A stretch of 49,209 bases of DNA, filler included, from Bipalium vagum (lineage: Eukaryota): NCBI GenBank assembly GCA_037834085.1. It is 2 parts of 2 records of this genome, joined end to end, with 100 filler letters (N's around TTAATTAATTAA, not from the genome) between each part and the next. Parts side by side here need not be neighbours in the genome. Positions count along the whole stretch, not along the records: positions 1 to 28,276 come from JBBMKC010058960.1; 1 more part is not named here. One strand, written 5' to 3'. Shown here piece after piece: positions 12,601 through 25,522 of this stretch (position 1 is the first letter of the stretch; the number at the start of each line of letters is the position of its first letter). The translations under genes were made by a program, and so were the position numbers. Below the pieces are notes generated by a model that saw only the letters and a list, made by a program, of their open reading frames with translations, ran no database searches and was not told where the DNA came from.

Positions 12601-15600
12601 TGTAAGTTTAAGATAATAACAAAAAACATTCCATAATGCGATAGAAAATAATAATCATAATAAATTATAAAGATCAATAAAAATATTATAATTATCACTT
12701 TCAGAAATTTAATCTTACCTCTTCACGATGGGATGTTATATCTCTTTTCAAAGCTCTATGCGCATCGATCTGCTCTAAAATTGTATAAACAATTCTTGAT
12801 ACTGGTCTTTGTTGATTAAGATTTTTTTCTGTCAACGTAAGCCAATTAATAAATCGTCCCATATCTAAATGGAAAGATTCCACAGTTTCTATGCCTTTTT
12901 CTAAACGAGCTTTTCGAGATTCTGCAAGTGCCTTTAATGCATTCCATCTCTTAAGTAATATATCAATATCATTATCGATTATTTCTTTTATTGTAATCGA
13001 TGATGTTTTTTCTATTTCCTTTGCATCTTCTAAAAATCGATCAATCTAAAAATATAATATAATATAATATAATATAATATATAATAATAATAACCCTAGA
13101 GCCTAATTTTGGAAAAGTTTTGTATATATCCATGAAACGCTTCAATTGCTCCTTTGCAGTATCTGGCAGTCCACCAGAAAATTTAAAGACTTCCAACTTA
13201 TTTTCCAATTCGTCAATATTTTTTAATATTTCCTGCTGATCCCCATAGAATATCAGCGCTTCTTTTAAAGCATCTTCCAATTCAAAATGTTTTAAGCGGA
13301 TATTATGTTTTAATGCGTTCCAAGATGTTGTTAACCGTTCCAAACGCTGTGTAGCTTCGTGGCCGAGACTTGAAACATCTTCCTTAATAATTTCGGCAGC
13401 TTTCCTTTCTATTTTACTAACAGAAGCCTGTTGGATATTCATATCGGCTCGAATCATCTAGTAAAAATATAATTTTTTTGATAAAATATCATTAAAAAAT
13501 CGATTTTAAGTAAAATAAATTGTCAACAGAAAAATATTTTAAACACAAAAGAAATCCCCGAAGCAAAGTAAAAAATAACGCCCAATAACCTATGGTAATC
13601 TAATTATTTTCACCAAACCAACTTTGTCTTTAATTTTAGTCATTTCACGAGAAAGAGACTTCAATAAAATATCGTTTCTGTCAATAATTTTACAGAGGAT
13701 CTGAACGGTATTGCAAATATGAAAAAATTCCATAAAAAACAAACATAGATAACTTATGGATGATAAAGGAGAAAAAATTACTTTATGTTGAGCAAGACCC
13801 ATTTCAAGAGAATTTATGTCTCCACGTTCAATTTTAATATTTGACAAACTACTTTCTGTGCTGATGATCCATTCCATAAATTCATCAACTGCTCTATGAA
13901 ATTCACCCAAACTTAAAAGAATACATTGCAGCTGGTGTTGTCGGTGACCAAGACTATCCAAGAGACGTGCCCAAGATTCATTGATTCGAATGAGAGTATT
14001 ATTGACTTCATTTTTCACGTTTGGATGTGATCCCTTTGTCAATTGATAGCCGAGTTGATTAATCAATTCAATGTCTCTATGTTTCGGTTCGATCTCGTTT
14101 TTCAGTTCCTTGGTTCTTTCAATTTGATTTAATACTGGTTGAGTTTCCGTTGGCAGAGGTCCAAGCACAAATAATCGATTGTTTTGCTCTTTAAGCCATT
14201 CATCCAATTTAATTCTCATTTCCTGTAATTATTATAAATCAGATTTTTGCAGTAAAAATACAGATGATCGAAAAGTTACTTCAAGTCTAATGATTAAAGA
14301 CTGCTGCTTATCTACGCTCAAAAATTTCTGATCACACAAATTCCGCACATTTTCCAAGTTTCTTTTAAGCTCTTCTTCAGCTTGTTCCACATCTGGAGTT
14401 TCACTTGCATTGTCCACCTGCTCAATTAAATCTTTTCCCATTTTCACGATTTTTTCCACATCTTTTTCATACAAATTAATGATGTGCTTTAAATTTTCAA
14501 CCTATTTCAAATTTATTAAGAATAACTGTTTTTATCTCTATTACCATCTCTTTCTTTTTAATTACTGATTTTGTATTTAAATCTTCAATTACACTCTGGT
14601 CCAAATCTTCAGTGACAATGCGAAATTTTTCCTCCATATCTGCAACCCCTTTCCAAAATTGATTAGCAGAATAAAGTAGGTGCTTTATTTTGGCTATGTA
14701 TTCTTCTGAGTGTTTTTGGAGTTCCATGTTTGTATTAGAAATCTTCGATAATTTATTCAGAACTATATAAAAAAATTGATATAATTTGATATAAAAACTA
14801 AATTCGACCACAAAAATGTAATCAGTCATGCGATAATGAATTTTTGACAAATTATGCCAAATTTATTTTATTTGCATAAATAATAATTATAATAAAATTA
14901 AAATTAAAAATTATATTAAAAATAAAAATTAATAATTAGTATATTAATTAATTCAATAATTATAAAAATTTATCAATTTTAAATATTATTAACATTAAGA
15001 GATTTAAAGGTCACAATTTTCATTATTTTGTATCCTCAAATCTTAATATTCAAAAATTTTTATCATAATTATCTAAAAAAATTCTTTAGTTCTTTTAAAA
15101 TTTTTTGATTTAATTTAATTATTGATTTAATTAAAATTCTATATTATTATATTTCAGATATTGTCTAATATTAAAAATGAAACACTTATTAATTTTAGCT
15201 GAATTTAAAACTACTTACAATGATACTGAAAATCTTTTTTAATTAAACTAGTCTTAAAAATAGATTTGATGAAAAGCAAAATTAACTAAAAATTAATATT
15301 ATTAATACCATTTTCCAAAATTTTAAATCTAAGTTTAATTATTTTAATTAATAAATAAGGGAAGAAATCCAATATAAAGAAATTTATAAATAATTTTTTA
15401 TTCTAAAACCAGGAAGATAGTAATTTTTAAAATATAATATTTACACATTTATTAATTAAATTAATGTTAAATATTTAATATTTTTCTAATAAGAGATCCA
15501 CTTCAATATACATATTAATGATGTTAATCAAGAATAGATCATTCAAACTACTCAAAGTTTTAACAAATAAATACAGACGGATACCAATTGTCTAATAAGG

Positions 15601-15665
15601 TGATAAACATAAATAAATAATTCAGCATAATCAAAAAATTTTTAAAAAATCATGCAACATCTTCT

Positions 15666-15742
<77 letters not shown>

Positions 15743-18700
15743 CATCGACAACATTTATCCTCTTACAATTTTCTTTTAATCGACTGGTTAAAATAATTGA
15801 ATCCAGCACTAGAAAAATTAATTTTTCATTAAAGTTTAATCAAATAACTAATTTAAAGAATTGAAAACAAAAAACTCTCTTCTAAATCAATCATTTTTAC
15901 AAATTACATTTATTCTAACAATAATATTCAAATCATACTTTCTAATTGTTCATTCGGATCTTCGTACTTTTTACGAGTCAAAGAACAGTTTTCGATGCCC
16001 GTTTGCAATTTGTCTACAACCGATTGTAATTTCTCTAAGTCTTGAGAAATGTCATCAAAAACTCCCAATTCTTCTTCCAGTTTCTCTGGATGGACTGAAG
16101 GTTGATAACAGTCGGTAATACGGTCTCTTATATTTTCCAACTGGTTTGCACATTGATCTACTTTCTCATTTAGCTGAAAATAATCAATTAAAATTTTTTA
16201 AAAATATCATCATTATTTGAACCTCGGTATTGATTAATATTATATCCTCTAAATCATTGGCTCGTGTTTTAATAAAATCTTTGATATTGTAATAGCGTTT
16301 CTTGGCTTCTTCAATTTCAGATATAATGGTCTTGCTTTGGACTTTATTTACAATTTGACTGAGTGGCTGACCAGATTTGATAATAATATCCAATAAAGGC
16401 TTCTGGTCTTCCCAGGAATTAGCCAGTGCCTAAAAAATATCTAACGATGAAACTAAAAATACGGGTAATATTTATTTTTTAACACCACCAAAATAAAATA
16501 AGCTTTTCAAGTGATCAAAAAATAAATCATATTGAAAAATGGCTTACTTTTCTCGAAGTGACCTTGAAATATAGAGAAAATTGTCATTAAATATTAATTA
16601 ATTATCACAACCAATCGATAAAAATTTTAAAAATAATAAAATTATACCTTTAATTCCTGTTCAGCTTGGTGCAGTTGATCAGGATCAAAGTTATTGATTT
16701 TGTTTTGAAATATATTTTCTTCGGTTTCAATGAGCCAATCTCTAAGTTTATTGTAACTCGTTAAATATTCATTAGCCAAGGGAATCGCTTCATCTAATTT
16801 TAGTTGCTGATTCTCCAGTTGCTTAATAACGGATTGACTCTGTTTCTTGGTTCGGTCTACTGTTGTTCGTAGGGTCTTCAAATCTGATCCGGGGGCCTAA
16901 AATTTTATAAAATTCTAATAGAAATTTAGATAATTTACTTGGCGAATCAATTTCTTAGAATCATTGATTGTTGTGAATATCATTTCTTTGTGCTCATTAA
17001 ATGATGATAAAAGCATTTCGAAGTCTTTTCTACATTCTTCGAGGTCCATATAATCATTACTGATCTTTTCATTAATATCAAATATCTTTTGTTCAAATTT
17101 CGATAATAGAGCCAAGCTTTCTTCGAGCTTTTCTTCTTGAATTTTGGCTTTGGTTCTATTGCTTCCAATCTTAGTAGCCTTCTTAGTCACTTCGTTAAGA
17201 ACTTCTTTGAAAAGCTTTTCATTTTCAATGAAAAGATCTTCGACCTTGTCCAAAGAATTTTCAAAAGCATCTACTGATTTTAATTTATCCAAATCATTTC
17301 GTGCCTGTGACACTAAGTTTCCAACTGAATTCGTTTCGTTTTCAATAATTTCCATGTTACGATCTCCCATCGGTCCACTTAATGTGTCATTTTCTCGAAC
17401 TAATGCAGTAAGAGATGGTAAGACCAAATCAAGCTTGTTGTTTGCCAAAAGGAACCTTTCGGCAATTGGAATTGAGCTTTCAAATAAATTCATCTTTTTC
17501 AGAGTATTAACTGAAATATCATCAAAATAATTTCTAAGTGTATTGATTTTGTTGTTTATTGCTGCGGAATCATTGAAGGAACTGTTGGTCATCAATTCTT
17601 CACCAACTTGGTTCAAATGCTCCAATGTATCTTCACGCGCTTTGATTTCTTTGGCCAAATTCTAGATTGGTAAAAACAAAATACCATAAAAATTCGGAAA
17701 TGAAAACTGTAATTAGTGTTAGAGCATAAAATATTTTTCTACTAGTATTATTATAATAATACGTTTTGCAAGATATTAAAAATTTAGCAGCTCCTTGAAC
17801 TTAGTTCGATGTCCCTTTTGCTACAGAGCATTTCTTTATGTAACATGATAAAAAGTTTAAAAAGAAAAAAAATATGATTTTGGAATTTTAGGCCAGCATG
17901 ATGCATTTAGTTTATTTCGTTCTAAGAATCTATTTGCCAAGAAAAAAAATAAAAATAGCATAAAAAGATTGTTGCTGCTTTTAAAAAGTTACATGCTTTC
18001 AAAAATCATTTGACAAGTAAAATTAAACCATAATTTAAACAAATAATAACAAAAAATTAAACAAAGTCAGGCAACCATTGATAGCAACGTTAATAGCATA
18101 AGGGCAAATTTGTCTTAAAATTACCCTTAATCGATCTAAGCCGTTTTTGTTTTCATATGGATCAAGAACGTCAAATTCAATGGTTTTCATCTCACTTTCC
18201 AATTCGAAACATACATTTTCGAACGTATTCACTTCATCGAGATAATTTCGCAACAACTTCCCAAAATCTAAGATGTCTTCTAATTTTTGACGATTGGTTT
18301 TTTGGAATTTGACATATCGATTTAAAAGATCATTGATTTTATCTTTTGTATCTGAACAAACTTTTTCCGAAAAAACTGATCCGACTTTTCGATAAATCTT
18401 TTCTAGTTTTTTAATATTTTCTTCAAGCAATACTCCTTTATTTAACATCTGAATAATATTGATATATGGCTTATTTTTGAAAGAAACCAATTATTAAATA
18501 GCCATGAACAATTAATAAGTATTTTCTATCAATATTTATCAAATTTTAAAAGCTGAAAATTTGATACAAAATTTAAAAATAGCCAAATTATAATTTTTTT
18601 AAAAATAAATTAAAATTCTATTTAGAATTAATTTAATTAATTTTTTATATTAAATAGATTTTAAATAATAATTCTTATTTTTAACCAATAAGAAATTTAT

Positions 18701-21700
18701 AAAGTAATTTCCATTTTTAGAAATAATTCACTCTTAAAACAGAAATTTTCAAAAATTATACTTATTAATATATATTAACTATTATTAATTAATAAAATAA
18801 TACAAAAATATTTATTAAATAAATCAGATTTTGAAATAATATTTGTTATTTAATTAATTTCAAATATTTTTAAAAATTATATTTTTTATATATTTTAAAT
18901 ACTCTTAACATAAATATCAAATTTTCAAATCTAAAACAATAAAAGTTTTCAATTTAATATAAATATTCATTCTATGTCCATAAAAAATAGAAAAAACAAA
19001 CCTGATAATTTTGAATTCTTTTCTCCATCTCTGAAGCATCCACGGTCGGAGAAGTATCAAAATTTGCAAGGTTCTTTTCGGCTGTTTCTAACCAAACTAA
19101 TGACGGTTCGTACAGATCTTTAAAGGACTTGGACAGTTTTACAGCCTTTTCATAACGAGCATTCTTTTCTTCTGCTAATTTTATTAACCTCTCATAGATC
19201 TTATTAAGATCTTTTAATTCTTTTTCCAACTGTGACTTCTTTGGTTCTTTAAAATTTGATAAAATATCTGAACCGATTTTATTCAGTTCTTCCAAACTAT
19301 GCTGTCTTTTCTTCAAGCGATCAAGAAGTAATTTGTGAATATTGAACTGACTTTTTGATTTGTGATATTCAATTGAGGGGTCTTCTTCTGATTTCAAATC
19401 TTTTGATATGTTCTCCACAAATTCTTTCAAATTTTTCAGCGTTGCCTCAAACTTTTGCTCTTTAATCAATTTAGTGTCAACTTTATTTTCGATATCACTA
19501 ATTACTTGCATTAATTTTTCAAAATTGTGCTTAACTTGATCCATTTCCTGTTCGATATGCTTAAATCCAATGCCTGACACAACGGTACTACAAGCTTGAT
19601 TACCGATATTTATAACTTGCTCCAACTGTTTCTTTAAAGGCTCGATCTTCTCTTTCGTAAATTTATTGATATTTTTACCAGAATTTGCTGTTAACTTTGC
19701 TATTTCTGGATCATTATTTGCTTCATCTAACTTTCTGTACAACTCATTTTTCTTAGACTCAAAATCAGTAACTAGATTATGTTGTAATCTCAAAGAATTT
19801 TGACGATCATCGATCGAGTCCAGAATTAATTCATTAATGGAATTTAAGTTTTGGATTTTCTGTCTCGATTTTTCAGCAGTGTAAGCATCTTGAACCCCTA
19901 AACTTTCAACCTCCGATTCCAAACCACTAAGGCTATTTTCAATGTCAACCACTTCTCGATTTAAAAGGGACAAATCTTGAATTTGATCTTCCAAAGAATC
20001 CAAATCTAATGACGATTGAGGGAAATTATCAACTTTGTCTTTGAGATTTTTTTGTCTTGTAGCTAAAATATCAATTCGATTTTTCCATTCATTCATTGCC
20101 TTATGTTTACCATGATAAGCCATTAATTTCTGTGCTAAACTGGTAGATAATGCGTGACAACGGTCATTAATTCTGTCAAATTCTGGTTCCAACAAATGAG
20201 AGTTTACTGGACTAATTTCTGAAATGCTTGATATTAATAACTTTGTACTAGACAAATCTGGTTTAATCAAATGGATATCAGCTTGAATAGATTTGATTTC
20301 TGCTTCGAGATTCGAAATATCGTTTTCTTGGTCTTCCAGTTTAGAAAAATGTTTCCATTTGTCTTCAAGCTTTGAAATATTTGATTTCAAGTAACTTATG
20401 TTATCTGTAGCACTTCCAATTTGGTCATACAGCTTTTTGAGATTTTCCTAAATCAAAATAATAAGTGAACAAACTTCAAAATATTCAGTAATTTTAAAGA
20501 ACTAAAGAAATTTTTTTAAAAAATGGGGTAAGATTATTGAAATAATTTAATAAAATAAAAGATTTTTTATCTCTTAAATTTGGAAATCGACAATTAAATT
20601 CCATTTTACTTTTTATAAAAAAATAATATAAATAAAAAATATAAATATAATATAATATAAATAAAAGTAAAATTCAATTTATTATATTGAAATAGAAAAT
20701 AATGAAATCAATAATTTTTAAAAACTGATAGTGGCCTAAATGAAAAAGGTTGAAACAAAATTTCACCATTTTTTCAATTGTTTCGATCTGGAGTTCATTC
20801 AAATCCGATTCGATTTGGTTGAAAGAATACAAGCTCTTTGTTGACATGGTCTTTGAATCAATTTCATCTGCAGGATATAATAAATTTTTCAAATTTTGTA
20901 TTTGCTGGTATTTATTATCTATGGATTGAATGGTCGTTTCTAAAGATCTAATTTCAGATTCCACTGACTCCAGTCCCACCGGATATTGTTTATTCATTTT
21001 GTGCTTTTCAATATCAATCCATGCCTGAAATTTTAATTTAATTTAGTGATCAAAAAAGATAAGTTTATCACTTCAATTTTATTTCTTTCCACATTAATCT
21101 TGTTCAAATCAACAGTTGCCTTCTGGTATTTAACATTGAGAACATCGGAATCACTTTCAAGGTTTTCGATGAGCTTCAGAGTTTCATCTAATTTATCATA
21201 AATATTCTTGGATTTGTGCGAAGGACTTTTCTCTTCATTAATCTGGTTCATTTCAACAGATAAATCAATAATTTGAGATTTTTTATGTTTGATATCTCCC
21301 TGAAGGATCTGAATACAAATATCAATGAGTAAAAAAGGAATTTAAGTGGGTGAAATAAATTTATAAGCTTATATTCAGAAACTTAAAATTGGTTAAATTT
21401 TATTAAAATAATAATAATAAAATTTGAATATTTTAATTATTTTAAAAATAGACTATCCAAAATTATGGTACAAGAATATCTTTATTTGTTATTCAAGTCA
21501 AAAGAATTAAAATATAAATTCTTAAGTATTTTTTGTTATAATAAATGGATTACAAGACTATCTATAAAGACTTTCTACAAGATGCTTACAGTTTGGAATA
21601 AAATGCAAATACTAACATGGAAAACTAATTATTCATGACAATTTTTAAAAATAAAATTGTTTTAAATAATTTATTTCGATGTAGTTCAAAATCTAATTAT

Positions 21701-24700
21701 CATAACGATTCTTATTTTAAATAGATTGTCATATAAATTGTTATATAAAATGATCAAGATTATATTTTATATTTTTATTTACCGGCACATTTTCTTTTAT
21801 CATAAATTAAAACAATAACTGAAAACTTCAAAAATTCAAAATTATAACTTCATAAAGAAAAAAATTAAAAATTAAAACACCAGTAAATTCAAAATAAGTA
21901 TTTAAAATGATTTATCTTTTAATTTTATTTAAGAAAAATAATAAAATAAAATGATTTGAAATATCTTATATAATCAAATTTGATATATTCGCAAATTTTT
22001 AATTGCAAAATATTAACCAATAGAATTTGGTTAAGTCATTATCCAATAATCAGACACAACACGTTTTTTAAAATAAAACTCAGTTATCAATCGGACACAA
22101 ATTTGTGTGTAAAGAAAATATTTTTCATTGCGAAAAATTTTCTTTAGTAAAAAAAATCAATTATCAAATATTTTACGAATCAACCATTTTAATTTAAATA
22201 TTATTAATCTTTAAGAGGGATTTCCCTAGATTCTCATGAATTCTGCTAAATAGATAAGGAAGTAATGTTAAATCAATAGCAAACCTGTAATTGTCTGATG
22301 TTGTCCGATAGGATAATGGGATCGTCGTTGGTAGACTGCACAGCAAGCAGCTTCATCAATTCTTGCTTTTCACTTATCCATTTTTCAGCGTCTTCAATTT
22401 TATTCAAAATGTTATCTTCTTGTTTGCTTCGTTTATTGATCATATTTACACTGTGATCGATTTTCCACTGAATTTCGCGACATTGTCTAGACAAATTCGT
22501 AATCTAAAATAACAGTATTTCAGAAAACTTTAAAAAATTCTTTAAATACTTTGTTCTTTATTTCATAATGCACATTTTCATCCGACGTCGAGTCCAAGAG
22601 GGATTTCGAGAGATTTTCCGATTCCTTGAGAACTTCTTTAACATTTGTTAATTCTGTCTGAATTTCATCCCAATCGAAGCTAGTTAAAATGTTTTCATCC
22701 GTTCTGAATAAAATGTTTCGAATAATTTTGTCTATTAATTTACGTTTTCTTAGATTTACCTATCAATTTTTTCCTGGAGAATCGTTAAGCGGTCACTGAC
22801 AAAATTGATTAAATTATAGAAATCTTTACTGGAGCCCATAATTATTTGCAAAATCTTCTCTCTGTTTCTTAGCGTCTTGTTTAAATTGTGAATTTTCTCT
22901 TTGAAAGTGTTCAAAGTGCATTCAATATCTTCACTATCAGCCGATGATGTTGGCAAGCTTCGAATGATATTTTGACCAATTTCATTCAATTCTTCGACAT
23001 CACTTTCTAATCCTTTTACTTCATCAATTAAAGCTTTCACCTTAAACATGTTACAATTATTTTATCCTTAAAAAATTTTTCTGAAAAACTAACTTGTTCT
23101 AACTGAGCATTTCCATATGATGCTGAAGTTCCAAGAGGCCCTAAGACATTCAACATTCGTTCTTTTCTCATAATATTGTTTTCAATGGACTTTTTCATAT
23201 CATCAAATCTCTTCATTTGGATGTCGATGTCTCGTCGAGAATTAATCAATTGCCTGGATGATTCTTTGAGAGAAATGTACTTTTTTTCCAATCTGTTCAT
23301 ATTGGATTTTAGTTCAACTCCGCCTGACACAAACTGTTTATTGCGTAACAAATCTTGGCCGTTAGAGATGATATTTACTAGAACCGGCTTCATATTTCTG
23401 ATACTTTCTTCAATTCTTAAATAACATTACATAATATAATTTTTCAGTTCATTTTTGTTTTTCTTATTATTTGAGACTGGAAACTCAAATTTTAATATTT
23501 CTTTTCATAATTAATATGAAATAATCTCAATTCGCTTTTTAAAGTAAAATAATATTAATTAACAATAAAATCACAATTTTTACACTTTTAGTAAAATTTC
23601 TAAAAATATTTTAGATTTATTTTTATTAATAACTAATTATAATTATTAGTTAATAAATCAAAATAATAGTTTGATAAAATATTAAACATTACTTTTCATA
23701 ATATGCAATTTCTTCAGCTTTGCTTATGCATTCCACATTATATGACATAAGTTGAGTCAATTGATTATCTAATTGATCTGAAAACTCTTTATAGCTACTA
23801 TCAAATAGCTGACATTTATTTAAGAATGATTCAATGTCGCTCTTTCTGGTTATGAATCTGTCACCTATCTCTGAGTAGCGAGACTTGATATCATCTATTT
23901 CTAAAATCACTTCACTGAATTCTAAAGAATTAGTTATAATATATAGATAATAGAAATGTGAAACCTTGATTGAGGTTCACGTAATCAGCACTAGATACAC
24001 CGCTGGATTCACTACCAGAAAAACCACTTTGATGAGACGAAACCGGTTTTGAAGCAGATGGTATGGATGTTTGAATATGTAAGCCAGATTTGTTTTCTAA
24101 ATAATAAAAGTAATAAAGAAAAAATGATAACTAAATTCCTTTAAAATTTAAAATATTACTTGGTGTCCGTCTTTGTGGACTAACGGCCATATAATATTGA
24201 TCTCCAGTTTGAAGAAATCCCTGTAGAATTGAGTCGTATTCTGATCCAATTATGCAAAAATCATTAACATTAGCTTTGGCCAAAGTCCAGTCTTCAATGA
24301 GATTGTTTACATTTTCATATTGGTTGTTTAAAGTAGGCAAATCTAAGGCGATTGGACTGTATGTAGCTAATATTTGCTCCCAATTATTTATCTTGTTAAT
24401 TATTATGGATTTTAATTCTGAATATCTCACACTATAGTCTTGTCGATTCTTTAATTCCTCCGATCGAATATTTATCAAATCTCTTAAGGATGACCAAACT
24501 TTGTCTAGATTTTTAATTTCATTTTCTATAGAGTTCTGATCTTTACAGTTTGGTTTAGTAATTAAAACATCTGCCATGCGCTTTATTTCACAATAGTCTA
24601 TCTCTTTTAACTTAAATTCTTTCTGAAAATCAATATTTTATTATTATTGAATAAAAGAAATTATTAATTTAAACTTTAATTTCTTCGAGTTTTTCTTGGA

Positions 24701-25490
24701 ATTTTTCGTTGTCCAACCGAATGAACATTCGATCTGATAAAAGTTCTATGGAAAAAGAAATCCATTCACTGCACGACCTGATCATAGTTTGAAATGCATC
24801 TAACATTTTACACAGTTCGTTGAGTTCAGTAATCATATTGGATACAGTCAAAGACTTTTGATTGATCCTGAAAATTCAGTAAAAATGGGAGGCAGATATT
24901 ATTGATTTTCGAATGTATATAATGGGAATGAGATTTTAGTCTTTTAATAAGGTTTTTTGTCATTTTCATAGGAAATTATTAATCAAAAATATTAAATAAT
25001 AAAAATTTATCAAAACCTATTGGTAGTATTTGTGCAATTTTAATAAATTTGAATTAAAGACAAATACCTGCTTTCCATTTCCGAAATTTTTGAACCATTA
25101 TCTTTGTCATCTACTTTCAACAGACTCTCTAATGATGGTTGCCGGCCATTAATTTCTGCCTGTAATATTTGAATTAATCTCTCCTGTCCGTTCAAGTCAT
25201 TTTGATTCAAACTCAAAGGACCAATATCTTTGAGTCTATGATCGATATTCGACAACCACACTATCAAATTATCAATGTATTGGGTGGTATGATCTCCAGA
25301 TACAACGTCTAGACTGATGTTATCTATCAAGCCTTTAAGCATATCAGTGATTGCATTAAAATTATTTATTGATTTTTCCACAGAATCCATAAAATTTTTA
25401 ATTTGTTCTTCTTCAATTCCTACCAGTTTCAAAGAATGGAAAATTTTTGGTTGATTTTCATTAATTGACTGAAATGTAAATTTCATAATA

Positions 25491-25522
<32 letters not shown>

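Noticed and set aside
17144-17530. Plus-strand ORFs overlapping spectraplakin exons (also 9121, 11193, 11558, 12168, 15861, 23176, 24252, 26023)
   Set aside because: Antisense shadows of real coding exons with no recognisable motifs.
17993-17995. 3-nt micro-exon (AAG|CAT|GTAACT) in a spectraplakin intron
   Set aside because: Too short to distinguish from chance without transcript data.
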